From the NCBI GenBank assembly GCA_951406725.2, contig OX597817.1, positions 122,450,001-122,514,000 of the forward strand: a stretch of 64,000 nucleotides of DNA, read 5' to 3'. The notes below the pieces were generated by a model. That model had not been told where the DNA came from. It was given only the letters and a program-made list of their open reading frames with translations, and made no database searches. Position numbers and translations under genes: made by a program. The DNA comes from Octopus vulgaris. Taxonomy: Eukaryota. Below, one piece after another: positions 53,187 to 64,000 of this stretch (position 1 is its first letter; the number at the start of each line of letters is the position of its first letter).

Positions 53187-53604
53187 TTAACCCTTTAGCA
53201 TTTAGACTGGCCATATTTGACCCAAACAGTCTACCTGTTTTATGATCAAACTGACCAGATCCGGCCTCCCACACCAGATCTGGCCTCTGATGCCAGATTT
53301 GGCCTCTCACACCAGATCCAGCCTCTCATGCCAGATCTAGCCTCTCACACCAGATCAGGCTTCCCATGCCAAATCCAGCCTCTCACTCCAGATCCAGCCT
53401 CTCATACCAGATCCAGCCTCTCACATCTGATCTGACCTCTCATACCAGCCTCTCACACCAATGATTAAACAAGAAACTTATGGGGTGCCTTGAACAAATG
53501 AAGATACCTTAACCCTTTAGCCAAAATATTCTAGCTGTGTTATGTTCAAACTAGCCAGATTGGAATAAGTATTAGATTTGACAAAGTAATCTGAATGCTA
53601 AGGG
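53187..53604 (+). mobile_element. piggyBac-like MITE copies with internal 19-bp tandem array
   Basis: TTAA-CCCTTTAGC at 53187 and 53509; end GAATGCTAAGGG at 53604. Ten 19-bp units CCAGATCCAGCCTCTCACA at 53255-53444. Confidence 0.75.
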
Positions 53605-53889
53605 ATTATAATTGGTGTCACACAACATGAGAAACCTGAATATTTGAATTATAGGAACAATCCAAAGAAAGGGGTTGCAAAAAGAGGGAGAAAGAGTTGG
53701 AGGGAGGGAGTGAGGAAGGAAGAACAATCAATCCCAGTACTGGAATGGTACGTTAATTAAATCCAAAAGTGCAGAAAGCAAATTTGATCCAGGTAGGATT
53801 TGAACTCAGATTGCAATGAGTCACTAAGGGACATAAACACATTAACAAACTAACACCAGTTGGCAAGCAATTGTGGGGTGCAAACACAC

Positions 53890-53962
<73 letters not shown>

Positions 53963-54194
53963 CATATATACAAAAAGTTTCTTAAATTAAAGTAGCGCTT
54001 TGATTAAATCCCAAAGTACAAAAAGCAAATTTGATTCAGGTAGGATTTGAACTCAGATTGCAGTGAGTTACAATCAATAACACATTAGTTTCTATCAGAT
54101 GCTTAAATGATTTGATTAGTTTGATACCATTTACTGTAGAAGAGTTAAATCTCTTTCCATGAATTCCCTGTCATTTGTAAAAGAGAAGAACATA

Positions 54195-54765
54195 GTTTGA
54201 AACTTGCTTCCCAAATGCACAGTTCCAGGTTCAGGCCCTCTGCACCTTAGGCAGGTGTCTTCTACTACAGCACTGGGTCAACCAAAGACTTGCGAGTGCA
54301 TTTGGTAGACAGAAACTGAAAGAAGCCCATTGTGTGTGTGTGTGTGTATGTGTCTTTGTGTCTGTCCTCCGCCATTGATTTCTTGCCGACTGGTATTTGT
54401 TTATGTGTTTACATCCCTGTAATTTAGCAGTTCGGCATAAGAGACCAAGAATAACTACCTGACCATATCCAGCCCAAATATTCTACTGGTTTCATGCTCA
54501 AATTGGCCAGATCTGGCCTCTCACACCTACCCAGCAATGTCCATCAAAAAATAAACAATCACTTCATCAAAATCTTGAAGTGACAATATAATGCATGATT
54601 AATTCAAAACTATTTGTATAAATAAGAATTACATTTAACAGAGTAATCTGAATGCTCAAGGGTTGAAAAACAAAAGCACAGGGGTTGATTTGTTTGACTA
54701 AAACCCTTCAAGGTGGTGCCTCAGCATGGCTGCAGTCCAATGACTGAAACAAACAATACATAAAA
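54195..54765 (+). mobile_element. SINE B interrupted by piggyBac-like MITE (54461-54666)
   Basis: The MITE body is homologous to 53200-53275 and 53520-53604 and ends AATGCTCAAGGGTTGA. The SINE tail resumes afterwards. Confidence 0.7.
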
Positions 54766-55587
54766 AGTAAATTATCTTTGTTTAACATGCCCTCTGATAA
54801 TGAGACTGTTGTAGATTTATATAATTGCTTGATCGGTTGCTAGAAATAACAGCCAAATCTCTATTCATACACATCCGATCATCTCAAAAATAAAGCAAGC
54901 ATGACCAAATAAAATATAAAAATCATCAAAATAAATGGGGTGGTCATGGCTCGATTGCTTTGATGATCAGCATTCTCCATGAGAACTGATGTAGCACCAA
55001 ACAAGAGCACAACAACATTGATTGATGAATTATATTGTCAGCAAGCACAATGATTATAGTGAGTATAGATTTATTCAGACGATGCTGACAAAATTTACCC
55101 AGAACATGAATACGAAAAGCATTAAATCTTTAAATAAATATCATAAATTCAAATTTTTATAAATTTAATTCTGATTTTTTTTTTTTTTAATTACATTGAA
55201 TATTTCAAATTTATTCATAAAGAAGAATTATGTTAAATTATAATTTTTACCCTCGATATTATTAAATTATTTTAATCAAAATATGAGGAAAATAATTGAT
55301 TATCGTACTCTTCTGATGGAGATGCACAGTAAGTCAAGCCAATGCAATGTTGACTTACCAACTGAAATCAATGATGCACATTGGATAATGATCGGAACTA
55401 AAACTGTGTACTTTGTAAATACATTAAACTTCTAATACTTCAGACCATGTAGCTGTAAATAGATACAACAGAGACTTAGTTCATTGTTGTAATATGGAGA
55501 TCAGGGAGCTACTGTATAACAGGGGCTCCCGTTCTATGATTGTAGCATAAATTAGGCTGCAGTATAATTCTCAAAAGGCCTTAAAGT

Positions 55588-56042
55588 CAGCGTGGCTATG
55601 TGGTAAGAAGCTTGCTTCCCAACCACTGTGTGGTTCATTGGGCAAGTGTCTTCTACTAAAGCCTCAGCCCAACAAAAACCTTGTGAGTGGATTTGCTAGA
55701 AGGAAACTGAAAGAAGCTCATCATATATGTCTGTGTGTTTTTGTATCTTTGTGTCTGTGATAGTAGACAGAAACTGAAAGAAGCCCATCACATGTGTGTG
55801 TGTGTGGTGCATGCATGTGTGTGTGTGTGCGTGTGTGTGTTTCTCCCCCACCATCACCTCTTGACAGCCAGAGTTGGTCTGTTTAAGTCCCCCTAACTTA
55901 GTGGTTCAGCAAAAGGGACTGATAGAATAAGTACTAGGGTTGAAAAGTAAGTCCTTGGGTAGATTTGTTCAAGGCAGTGCTCCAGCATGGCTGCAACTAG
56001 TAAAGGAATATTAGTAAAGGAACTGAGTGACTGAAACTAATA
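55588..56042 (+). mobile_element. SINE family B with internal duplication
   Basis: GAAACTGAAAGAAGC occurs twice. Confidence 0.75.
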
Positions 56043-56510
56043 AAGGATTAAAATATCTGAAATATCTGATAAAAAACTAATTTTTAAAATTCATGTTTAT
56101 GTTATACATAAGCAGGAGGGCCACATTTACTGAAAGCAATGACTGAAAAATATTTCCTCAAAAAAAAAAATGCAGTCATTGGTTAAGTGGGCTTCCTTAG
56201 CTTATTAGAATAAAGCGGCATTAAAGATTTTATTAATCTCTCTCTCCTTCTCCCTCTCTCTGTGCCTTTTCTATGTTTTGTAATATCTGGTAGATAAACA
56301 GTAAACTGAAACTGGAGAAAATATCTTGCAGTATTTGCTCCAACTCCCTGTACCATGAGCTCACATCCTGCCAAGGAACTGTATCGTCTGTAATGATTAT
56401 TGAGATTTACCCTAGAACTGCATCTGTGGCAAGAATTGGGAAGACTTATGTACATGGGCAACAGCTAGTCTTCCACAAAATCTTTGCCCAAGCCTATGAC
56501 TTGCAGAGGT

Positions 56511-56915
56511 GCAGACATAGCTATGTGGTAAGAAGCTTGCTTCCAAACCAGATTGTTCCAGGTTCAGTTCCACTGTGTAGCACCCTGGGCAAGTATCTCC
56601 TAAGGCGAATCAAAGCATTGTAAGTGTATTTGGTAGACGGAAATTGAAAGAAGCCCATCGTGTATGTGTGTGTGTATATATATATATGTTTATGTGTGTG
56701 TGTCTTTGTGTCTGTGTTTGTCTCCCCATCATTGCTTGACAACCGGTGTTGGTGTGCTTATGTCCCTGTAACTTAATGGTTCACCAAAGGAATTAATATA
56801 ATAAGTACTAGGCTTAAAAATAAGTCCTGGGGTCAAATTATTCGACAAAAATGCTCCAAGTCAGTGCTCCAGCATGGTTGCAATCAAATGACTGAAACAA
56901 GTAAAAGAATAAAAC
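56511..56915 (+). mobile_element. SINE family B
   Basis: Collinear with 14269-14717. Confidence 0.85.
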
Positions 56916-56985
56916 AATATATATATATATATATATGCATGTGTGTGTGTGTATATATATATATGTACACATGTAGATATATATA

Positions 56986-57192
56986 TGGTTAATCCAAACA
57001 AGAAGGCACAAAAAACACAACAATGCGAGGCGTGGAACAAATATAGTATTATTGGACGCTCAGGAAAGAAGGAGGGTTTAACGTTTTGAGCAAAGCTCTT
57101 CGTCGGAAGCATAGGAGAAGGAAAGATCCAGAGAAGGGAAGACAGAGGAAAAAAAAAATCGCCAACGGTACACACGCGGTCACATTTTGAAT
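56986..57192 (-). mobile_element. PLE-like 3' terminus with minimal hammerhead-like motif
   Basis: Minus strand CCGACGA-A-GAGC-TTT-GCTC-AAAA-CG-TT (57080-57106) in a pyrimidine-rich context, between TA repeats. Confidence 0.55.
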
Positions 57193-58550
57193 GTATATAT
57201 ATATATATATATATGTAAGTATATATATATATATACATATGTGTGTGTGTATAGGAAAGGAATAGGTGTACACATATATAAATTAAACAAGCTTAATGAC
57301 AATTGTTCAATCATTTAGTGTGTGTGTGTGTGTGTGCACGCATGTGTATGTATGTGCATTAGCCTAGTCCTGATTGGCTATAAAAATTATCATATTCTCG
57401 TTATAATGGCTGGACCACAGAATATATGATTCTAATGTGGTTATTACTGGTTTCTCTCTAAGATTCTATGGTTAGCAGTGGCCATAACTAATAAGCAGTA
57501 CTGAATTTATCTGAGAAGATCCAGTAGCTTTCCCTGGTAGCCAGTAAAAGAGCAAAAATCCACAGATTTTAATGACCAAGTATTACTGCATTTGTACAGC
57601 AATATAGCAACATAGTAAATAGCTGAAGTAGATTTTTGAAGTCAGAGTTCTCTAGCCATTGATTTAATACCTTGTCAACTCAGACATTATCACCTCTTGC
57701 TAATTTGGTTAGCATAATTTGTCTCCTCTCTGAAAAACCCAATTTCTGAATATGCAGGGCTAACTAGACATTTAGTCTTTTGCATGTGGTGGTAGGAAAG
57801 AATTTGTATATGTCTGTGTATGTCAATATATATGTGTATGTGCATATATGTTTGTGCTTGTGTGTGTATGTTTGCATATCATACACACATATACATATAT
57901 ACTACATGTGTAGGAAATTCTGTCTGTCGGTGTGTTTGTGGAGTTGTTAGCTAACTCCTCCTACATAGTTTTATCAATTTCCAGACATAAGTTCACTTTG
58001 AAAAGTCAATAATAGGGCCCCTCGAAGGGATCCTTATATATAGCCAAGGCAAATAACCCATTCATTTTCCTAAATTATTTGGTAAAAATAAAATTGAGTA
58101 TGCTTATTTCTTAGCATTAGAACTGTTAGAGTTACTTTTACAATTTCTCCAGTACAACCCTAAAACAAGTAAATATTATTTTCCTGAACAATGGATCCAC
58201 TTATTTCGGTTAGTGACATATTCACGAACACACCAACACTAGTGCCCCTGAGGGTAATATTTTCTGGGAATGCACAAAAGCTATTTTCAGAGTTATTTAT
58301 TTTGACTTGTTATTATCTCATATCTGATTAGCCTGTTATTACATAACATGCTTCACGATTTTAGTATACATAACTTATTAGTATTTCCTCCTATGTTCTA
58401 TATACTCTGGGAATGCATTAAAGCCCTTTTTGGGTCTACTTTATTTGAATTCTTACTATAGGGTAACTAATTTCATTTTATTACGTAACTGACTTCACAA
58501 TTTGGGTATATATATATATATATATATAGATAGATAGATACACATATATG

Positions 58551-58581
<31 letters not shown>

Positions 58582-59169
58582 ATATACATATAAGTACGTG
58601 CACACACACATACACATATATGTATGTATGCGTTATATATATTGGTGTGTGTATTTGTCTGATTGACAAGACACCTAACTTTAAAGCTTGATAAAATCTT
58701 TAAATTAGCTAAGAAGATTTAGCCAGTAATATACCTTGTGTGAACTGTTAGATACATAATGTTTACAAATGAAATAACAGTGACATTTTTCCTTAATACA
58801 ACATTTATTACATCAAAGAGACATTTTTTATTACTTATTTGCCTGTTATTATAGATTTTCTTTGCTTTCAAGTTTCAAAGAGTTTCGAAATAATTTTTAT
58901 CTATTCTTTGATTGAAGATAAATGGAAATATACATTTTCAATCAAATATCTCTATTTTGTTCAATAGAATAAAATACTGATAAATACTTTTGAAGATGAT
59001 TTGAATAACCATTCAACTAATTCAAAAGGAATTCTTCCAGCCTAATAATTTTGGATTCGTATTCCTTCCCTAATTTTATGATGGATCTATAACTAAAAAT
59101 GTTCAATCTTGTAAGACCACAGCACATTGAAGAAGGTGCTATAATTGCTACAGATTTGGATGAAGCTTG

Positions 59170-59559
59170 CCAGTGCAAAAACAGTCAGTCAAAAACTCCA
59201 CATAGCAGATTTCGGAAGGTTACAGGGATCATCAAGACAGAGGGCACATTGTTCGGGGCCTTCCTCTCAATGACTCCACCCCCAACATCACTGATGTAAA
59301 GCTCTATTTACTGTTTCAACTGACTAGTATTTGACCTCAAGTTAATTTTGGGACCATCACCTATCCAGCCAGGTTTCATCATCTCTTTACAGTCATATCC
59401 AATGCATGGCCCTCACAACTGCTGCCTGAATCTCCTTCAAGATGGTGTTTGCTTGCTTGATGCTGGACATTAATTGATAGCTGTCACTGTCTCAGTCTGG
59501 TCCCAGTAAAACCCATGCACCCAACTTCTACAAGAAAGTGAACTGCTCTCCAACCAGCA
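59170..59559 (-). mobile_element. HERO/NeSL-like non-LTR retrotransposon 3' remnant
   Basis: AGWRAVHFLVEVGCMGFTG, then in a shifted frame NTILKEIQAAVVRAMHWI*L*RDDETW. Compare the RLE C-terminus GW....PVEVGCRGF...ERAS.WIWLKR...W. Confidence 0.65.
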
Positions 59560-59599
59560 TTTATACTATCTTCCAGTAGCATATATATATATTATATAC

Positions 59600-60215
59600 C
59601 TGTTGAGGCAAGTGGAAATCGAAATCGATCAACATCAATGGAAATTGCAGCTGTGATACCAGTGCCGGTGGTACATAAGAGAACCATCCGAACGTGGCTG
59701 TTGCCTGTGCCGCCCCGACTGGCCTCGTGTCGGTGGCCCATAAAAAGCACCATCTGATCATGGCCATTTGCCAGCCTCGTCTGACACCTGTGCCGATGGC
59801 ACGTAAAAAGCACCCACTACACTCACGGAGTGGTTGGCGTTAGGAAGGGCATCCAGCCGTAGAAACATTGCCAGATCAGACTGAGCCTGGTGCAGCCTTC
59901 TGGCTTCCCAGACCCCAGCTGAACCGTCCAACCCATGTTAGCATGGAAAGCAGATGCTAAACGATGATGATGATGATGATGATGATATATATATATATGC
60001 CGGTGCTGCATTAATGCAACCATACTGGTGTCACATAAAAACACCAAGCACACTCTCTTAAGTGGTTGTCATTAGGAAGGGCATCCATCTATATAAACCA
60101 TGTCACAACAGAAAGTTGAGGTCCAGACAACTCCTTGATAGCCAGTTCCATGTCAAACTGTCCAACCAATGCCAGCATGGTGACCAAATGTTAAACGCTG
60201 ATGATGATGATGATG
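59600..60215 (+). mobile_element. Two tandem RTE-type 3' UTR copies
   Basis: 59600-59984 and 60005-60215, each ending ...GTTAAACG or GCTAAACG plus (ATG)n. Confidence 0.8.
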
Positions 60216-61438
60216 TTTTGAACTCACAACTATATTAACAATTATAATTGCTGCAAAGCATTTTGTCTGAGGCTCTAATGATTCTCAGCCAATCTGTCAC
60301 TCTCTTAATTATGAGAGAACCTCTATAAGAAATAGCAGCCAAATATATCATAAATTACACCATATTATTATTATTATTATAATATATATATATGTATATA
60401 TATTTTTGCATTAAAGGCACAATAACCATACATACACTCCCTAAAAGTAAGATTTGTTTGAAACAGCAGTTAAATCTCTTGCAAATCAGGAGATAATCTT
60501 AGAGAAAGGACACATTCAATAAGGTGGCTATGGGTGCACTGTACCAAGGAATATCATGAGTTAAGGATGTAGCCCATTCTATCATAAATCTATTTATCAC
60601 AGTTTTGCTGGGCCTAAACAACAAACATAACCACAAATAGAACTAAGCTAAAATGGGTAGAAATAAGGGATAAGGGTAGTGCTTATTTCAAGCAAACAAA
60701 AGTAGCATCAAAATTTGATCTGCAAGAAATAGCAGCTAAATTTATCTGAAGTCAAAGCCCCTGCTGTTTGCTGTCTTAAATAGAAAAGAGTACATTCGAT
60801 ATACACAGTGCACTTCAAGTAATAAGGGATGGTCAAAAATGGAATGACAATGACTCATGTTGTGTCTACTCGATCAAAGATGACCTGTGGCTAAACTACA
60901 GCAGTAACAATAATTACAACAACAACAACAAAGACAACCGGCAGTGAATTTGAGCTGATCATTTATTTATGAGCTGGTGTACTTCAATAAACTTATTCAC
61001 ACAGCTATTCTCAATCAATAAGACTACTACTACTACTACTACAAGGAGGTTATGCAATTCTTAGACACATTCATGCAATTAGCTTGGATGGTAATCTGAT
61101 TGATAATGGAATGACTTAAAATAGATGAACAAATGGACAGGAGAGAGGAAACAACAACAGTAAAAACGAATTCTATCTTAGTATGCAACATGGTGTGCAT
61201 CCATATACAGAGTAGCAGAAATAATACTAATGCTAGTATGTTTGTATGCATGTACATGTTTGTGTGTGTGAATGTATAATTATATATGTGTGTGTATGTA
61301 TAATTGTATATAAGAATATGTGTATATACATATATGTATAGATGTGTGCATGTGTACATACATATGTATAATTATATATATGTGTGTATATGTATGTATA
61401 TATATATATATATGTATCTATCTCTCTCTCTCTCTATC

Positions 61439-61473
<35 letters not shown>

Positions 61474-61582
61474 ATATCTCTCTCTATATATATAATATGA
61501 ATCTCTCTCTCTCTCTATATATATATATCTGTGATCATATGCATATGTATATATATATATAAATATATATATATCATATGCT

Positions 61583-61627
<45 letters not shown>

Positions 61628-61842
61628 TGTGTGTGTGAGTGTGTGTGTGTGTGTTTATGTATATCTGCAATAAGTGAATACAAATAAACATCCCGAGGGA
61701 AATCAGCTTTCCTTTTAGGTTATTCTAAGGAAGCATACTCCATTGTAAATTTCAGCAGGGATTAGTGAATCTAAAAATGAAGAAATACTACGCTGTCTGT
61801 CCAATGATGAAACTAATTTTCTAAAGATTACATGTAACAAGG

Positions 61843-61885
<43 letters not shown>

Positions 61886-61960
61886 ATACACAGACACTCA
61901 CACATATATGTGTATCATCATCATCATCATCGTTTAACGTCCGTTTTCCGTGCTAGTACG

Positions 61961-62001
<41 letters not shown>

Positions 62002-62040
62002 ATACACACACATAGACACTCACACAAATATACACATATA

Positions 62041-62094
<54 letters not shown>

Positions 62095-62194
62095 GTATGT
62101 ATATATATATACATACATTTATGTGTGTATATATATACATACATACATATACATATGTGTGTATATATCTGTGTATATATATGTGTGTGTGTGC

Positions 62195-62225
<31 letters not shown>

Positions 62226-63055
62226 CTTGCACACACCCACTTGCACACACATAGATATATGCATTCATACATCTTTACAAGGATATTTATATTTTTATAC
62301 ATATTTTATGAATGTATGTGTGTGTGTGTGTGTGTCTGTCTTTCATCATCATTATCATCATTAGACAAATGTCCGTGGTCCATGCTGGCATGGGTTAGAC
62401 TTGCTTTTACAAATAGGAAAAAACTGAACTTAGTATGCCAATATATATATATGTATAACATTCCCAACATCCCTGGAAATAAATAGGAAATATACGTAGT
62501 AGGTAATCATACCCCCATACCCACAGTTTATATACAGGTAGAATAGTTAGTGGGCTATTATATAGATGTATGTGTGTGTGTGTATGTATGCATATATGGG
62601 TAGGCAAATAGATATGAATGTAAACAGATAGACATACAGACAGATAGGTTCATAGATAAGATGAAGAGGCAAGCACAAATGCACACACATATGCAAATGA
62701 AGATTGAAACATGACTATTTACACAAACACTTCACACAAGGACACACATGGAGACACACATCCACACATAAGGAGATACTCATTCATACATACACAGTAC
62801 ATAGTCCCAAAAAGCCATACATACACACACAGACACACTCAGACATGCACATACAAGGAGACAGAGGTACACTCATACATATGCATGCAAACACACACAC
62901 ATAAAAGCACATAAACCTGAACACACAAACACATGAATATGCAGAATACATACATACTAACGTACACACATGCATATAAACATATGCACACACATACACA
63001 TACATACATGCATACACACACTTGTATGCATGCATACATACATAATTTATCCTGG

Positions 63056-63406
63056 TCGATTCACACAGCTAAATTTGTTACTGAATGGCATGAGGAACAT
63101 TCTAGTGAAGTTGAACATATTATCTGGCAACCACAATCCCCAGATCTCAATATTATTGAACATTTATGGTGCATTTCAGAAAAACAAGTAAGGAGTCGAT
63201 ATCCTCCATCATCATCACTACAAGAACTGAAGACAGTCTTAGCTGAAGAATGGACAAAAATTCCTTTGGAAATACTTCAAACTTTGTACGAGACCATACC
63301 ATGTAGAATTCAAGCTGTAATTACTGCCAAAGGTGGTCCTACCCCATATTAAAATAAATTTGTTTAAAATTTTAAGGTGTTTCCATTATTTTGTCCAGCC
63401 CCTGTA
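63056..63406 (+). mobile_element. Tc1-family transposase C-terminus and 3' TIR
   Basis: IHTAKFVTEW...WQPQSPDLNIIEHLW...LQEL...EEW.KIP...L.ETIP.RIQAVITAKGGPTPY*. Ends TTTTGTCCAGCCCCTG+TA. Confidence 0.9.
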
Positions 63407-64000
63407 TATTATTTATTAGCTCTAAAATTACACATGTAACTTAATTATGAATGGAAAATTTGAAATATATTAATTAAGAACAATTACCCCTTGATTTAAT
63501 TATAAAAGTAGATAAATAAGGAAAGCATGCTCATTATGCTTTTTCCATCATATAACAATCAACAACATAAAAACACGTGAAATGTAAATGTTCCAAATAT
63601 AGATTGAAAGTGTTCATGGGTTACAACAACTTAGAACATTATTAATTTTCTCCTTCTGCTGCCTTTTGGTCTTCTACCATTCATGGCCAACCTTTGTGAA
63701 AAGTGGGCTGATTGGGATATAGCTCATCATCAGGTAGTTTCACCCTATTAAAAAGCATTTTAGGTAAATTTACATTAGGCATGATATTTAACTTGCTTAT
63801 TATTACTGGTTTGTACTTTCAGTTTCAGGATTCTTTAAATTCATGTTATGCTTCTTATTCATGAAATATTCAAAAGTATTCTTTAATTGAAGAAAGTCAA
63901 TTAAAATTGGTGAAACCAAGAAACAAAAACAACCAGAACTGTTGTGACTTGATGATAATTTAAATCTGGAAATTGTAAATTATTGAATCCAGATCATTGC

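Noticed and set aside
53217-53435. Repetitive 72-aa ORF (QIQPLTPDLASH...)
   Set aside because: Translation of the 19-bp minisatellite.
56294-56623. 110-codon open frame after a pyrimidine tract and AG
   Set aside because: The 3' half is an antisense SINE A remnant plus a SINE B head, and there is no recognisable domain.
58260-58455. Short direct repeat TCTGGGAATGCA..AAAGC
   Set aside because: Too short and diverged to assign, with no associated motif.
62933-63055. N-terminus of the 139-aa Tc1-containing ORF
   Set aside because: Microsatellite read-through. Only the C-terminal transposase part is real, and it lacks the DNA-binding domain and first catalytic residues.

Overview
AT-rich eukaryotic non-coding DNA saturated with (TA)n, (CA)n, (CAT)n and (AAT)n microsatellites. 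The repeat content points to a coleoid cephalopod, most likely Octopus (inference). I find no convincing host protein-coding gene: almost all listed ORFs are microsatellite translations, and there are only a few weak plus-strand splice-flanked segments. The window holds at least three tRNA-headed SINE families (labelled A, B and C here). It also has 3' fragments of non-LTR retrotransposons (RTE, CR1-like, Dong/R4-like, HERO-like), Tc1 and maT-like transposase remnants and piggyBac-like MITEs. The most notable signal is a set of about 10 small, mostly sequence-unrelated elements, often embedded in (TA)n. They carry type I hammerhead ribozyme cores with a palindromic, almost loop-less stem III, usually inside inverted repeats or complete fold-backs. 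These are probably Penelope-like element (PLE) termini or retrozyme-like elements. All alignments and folds were done by eye and boundaries are approximate.
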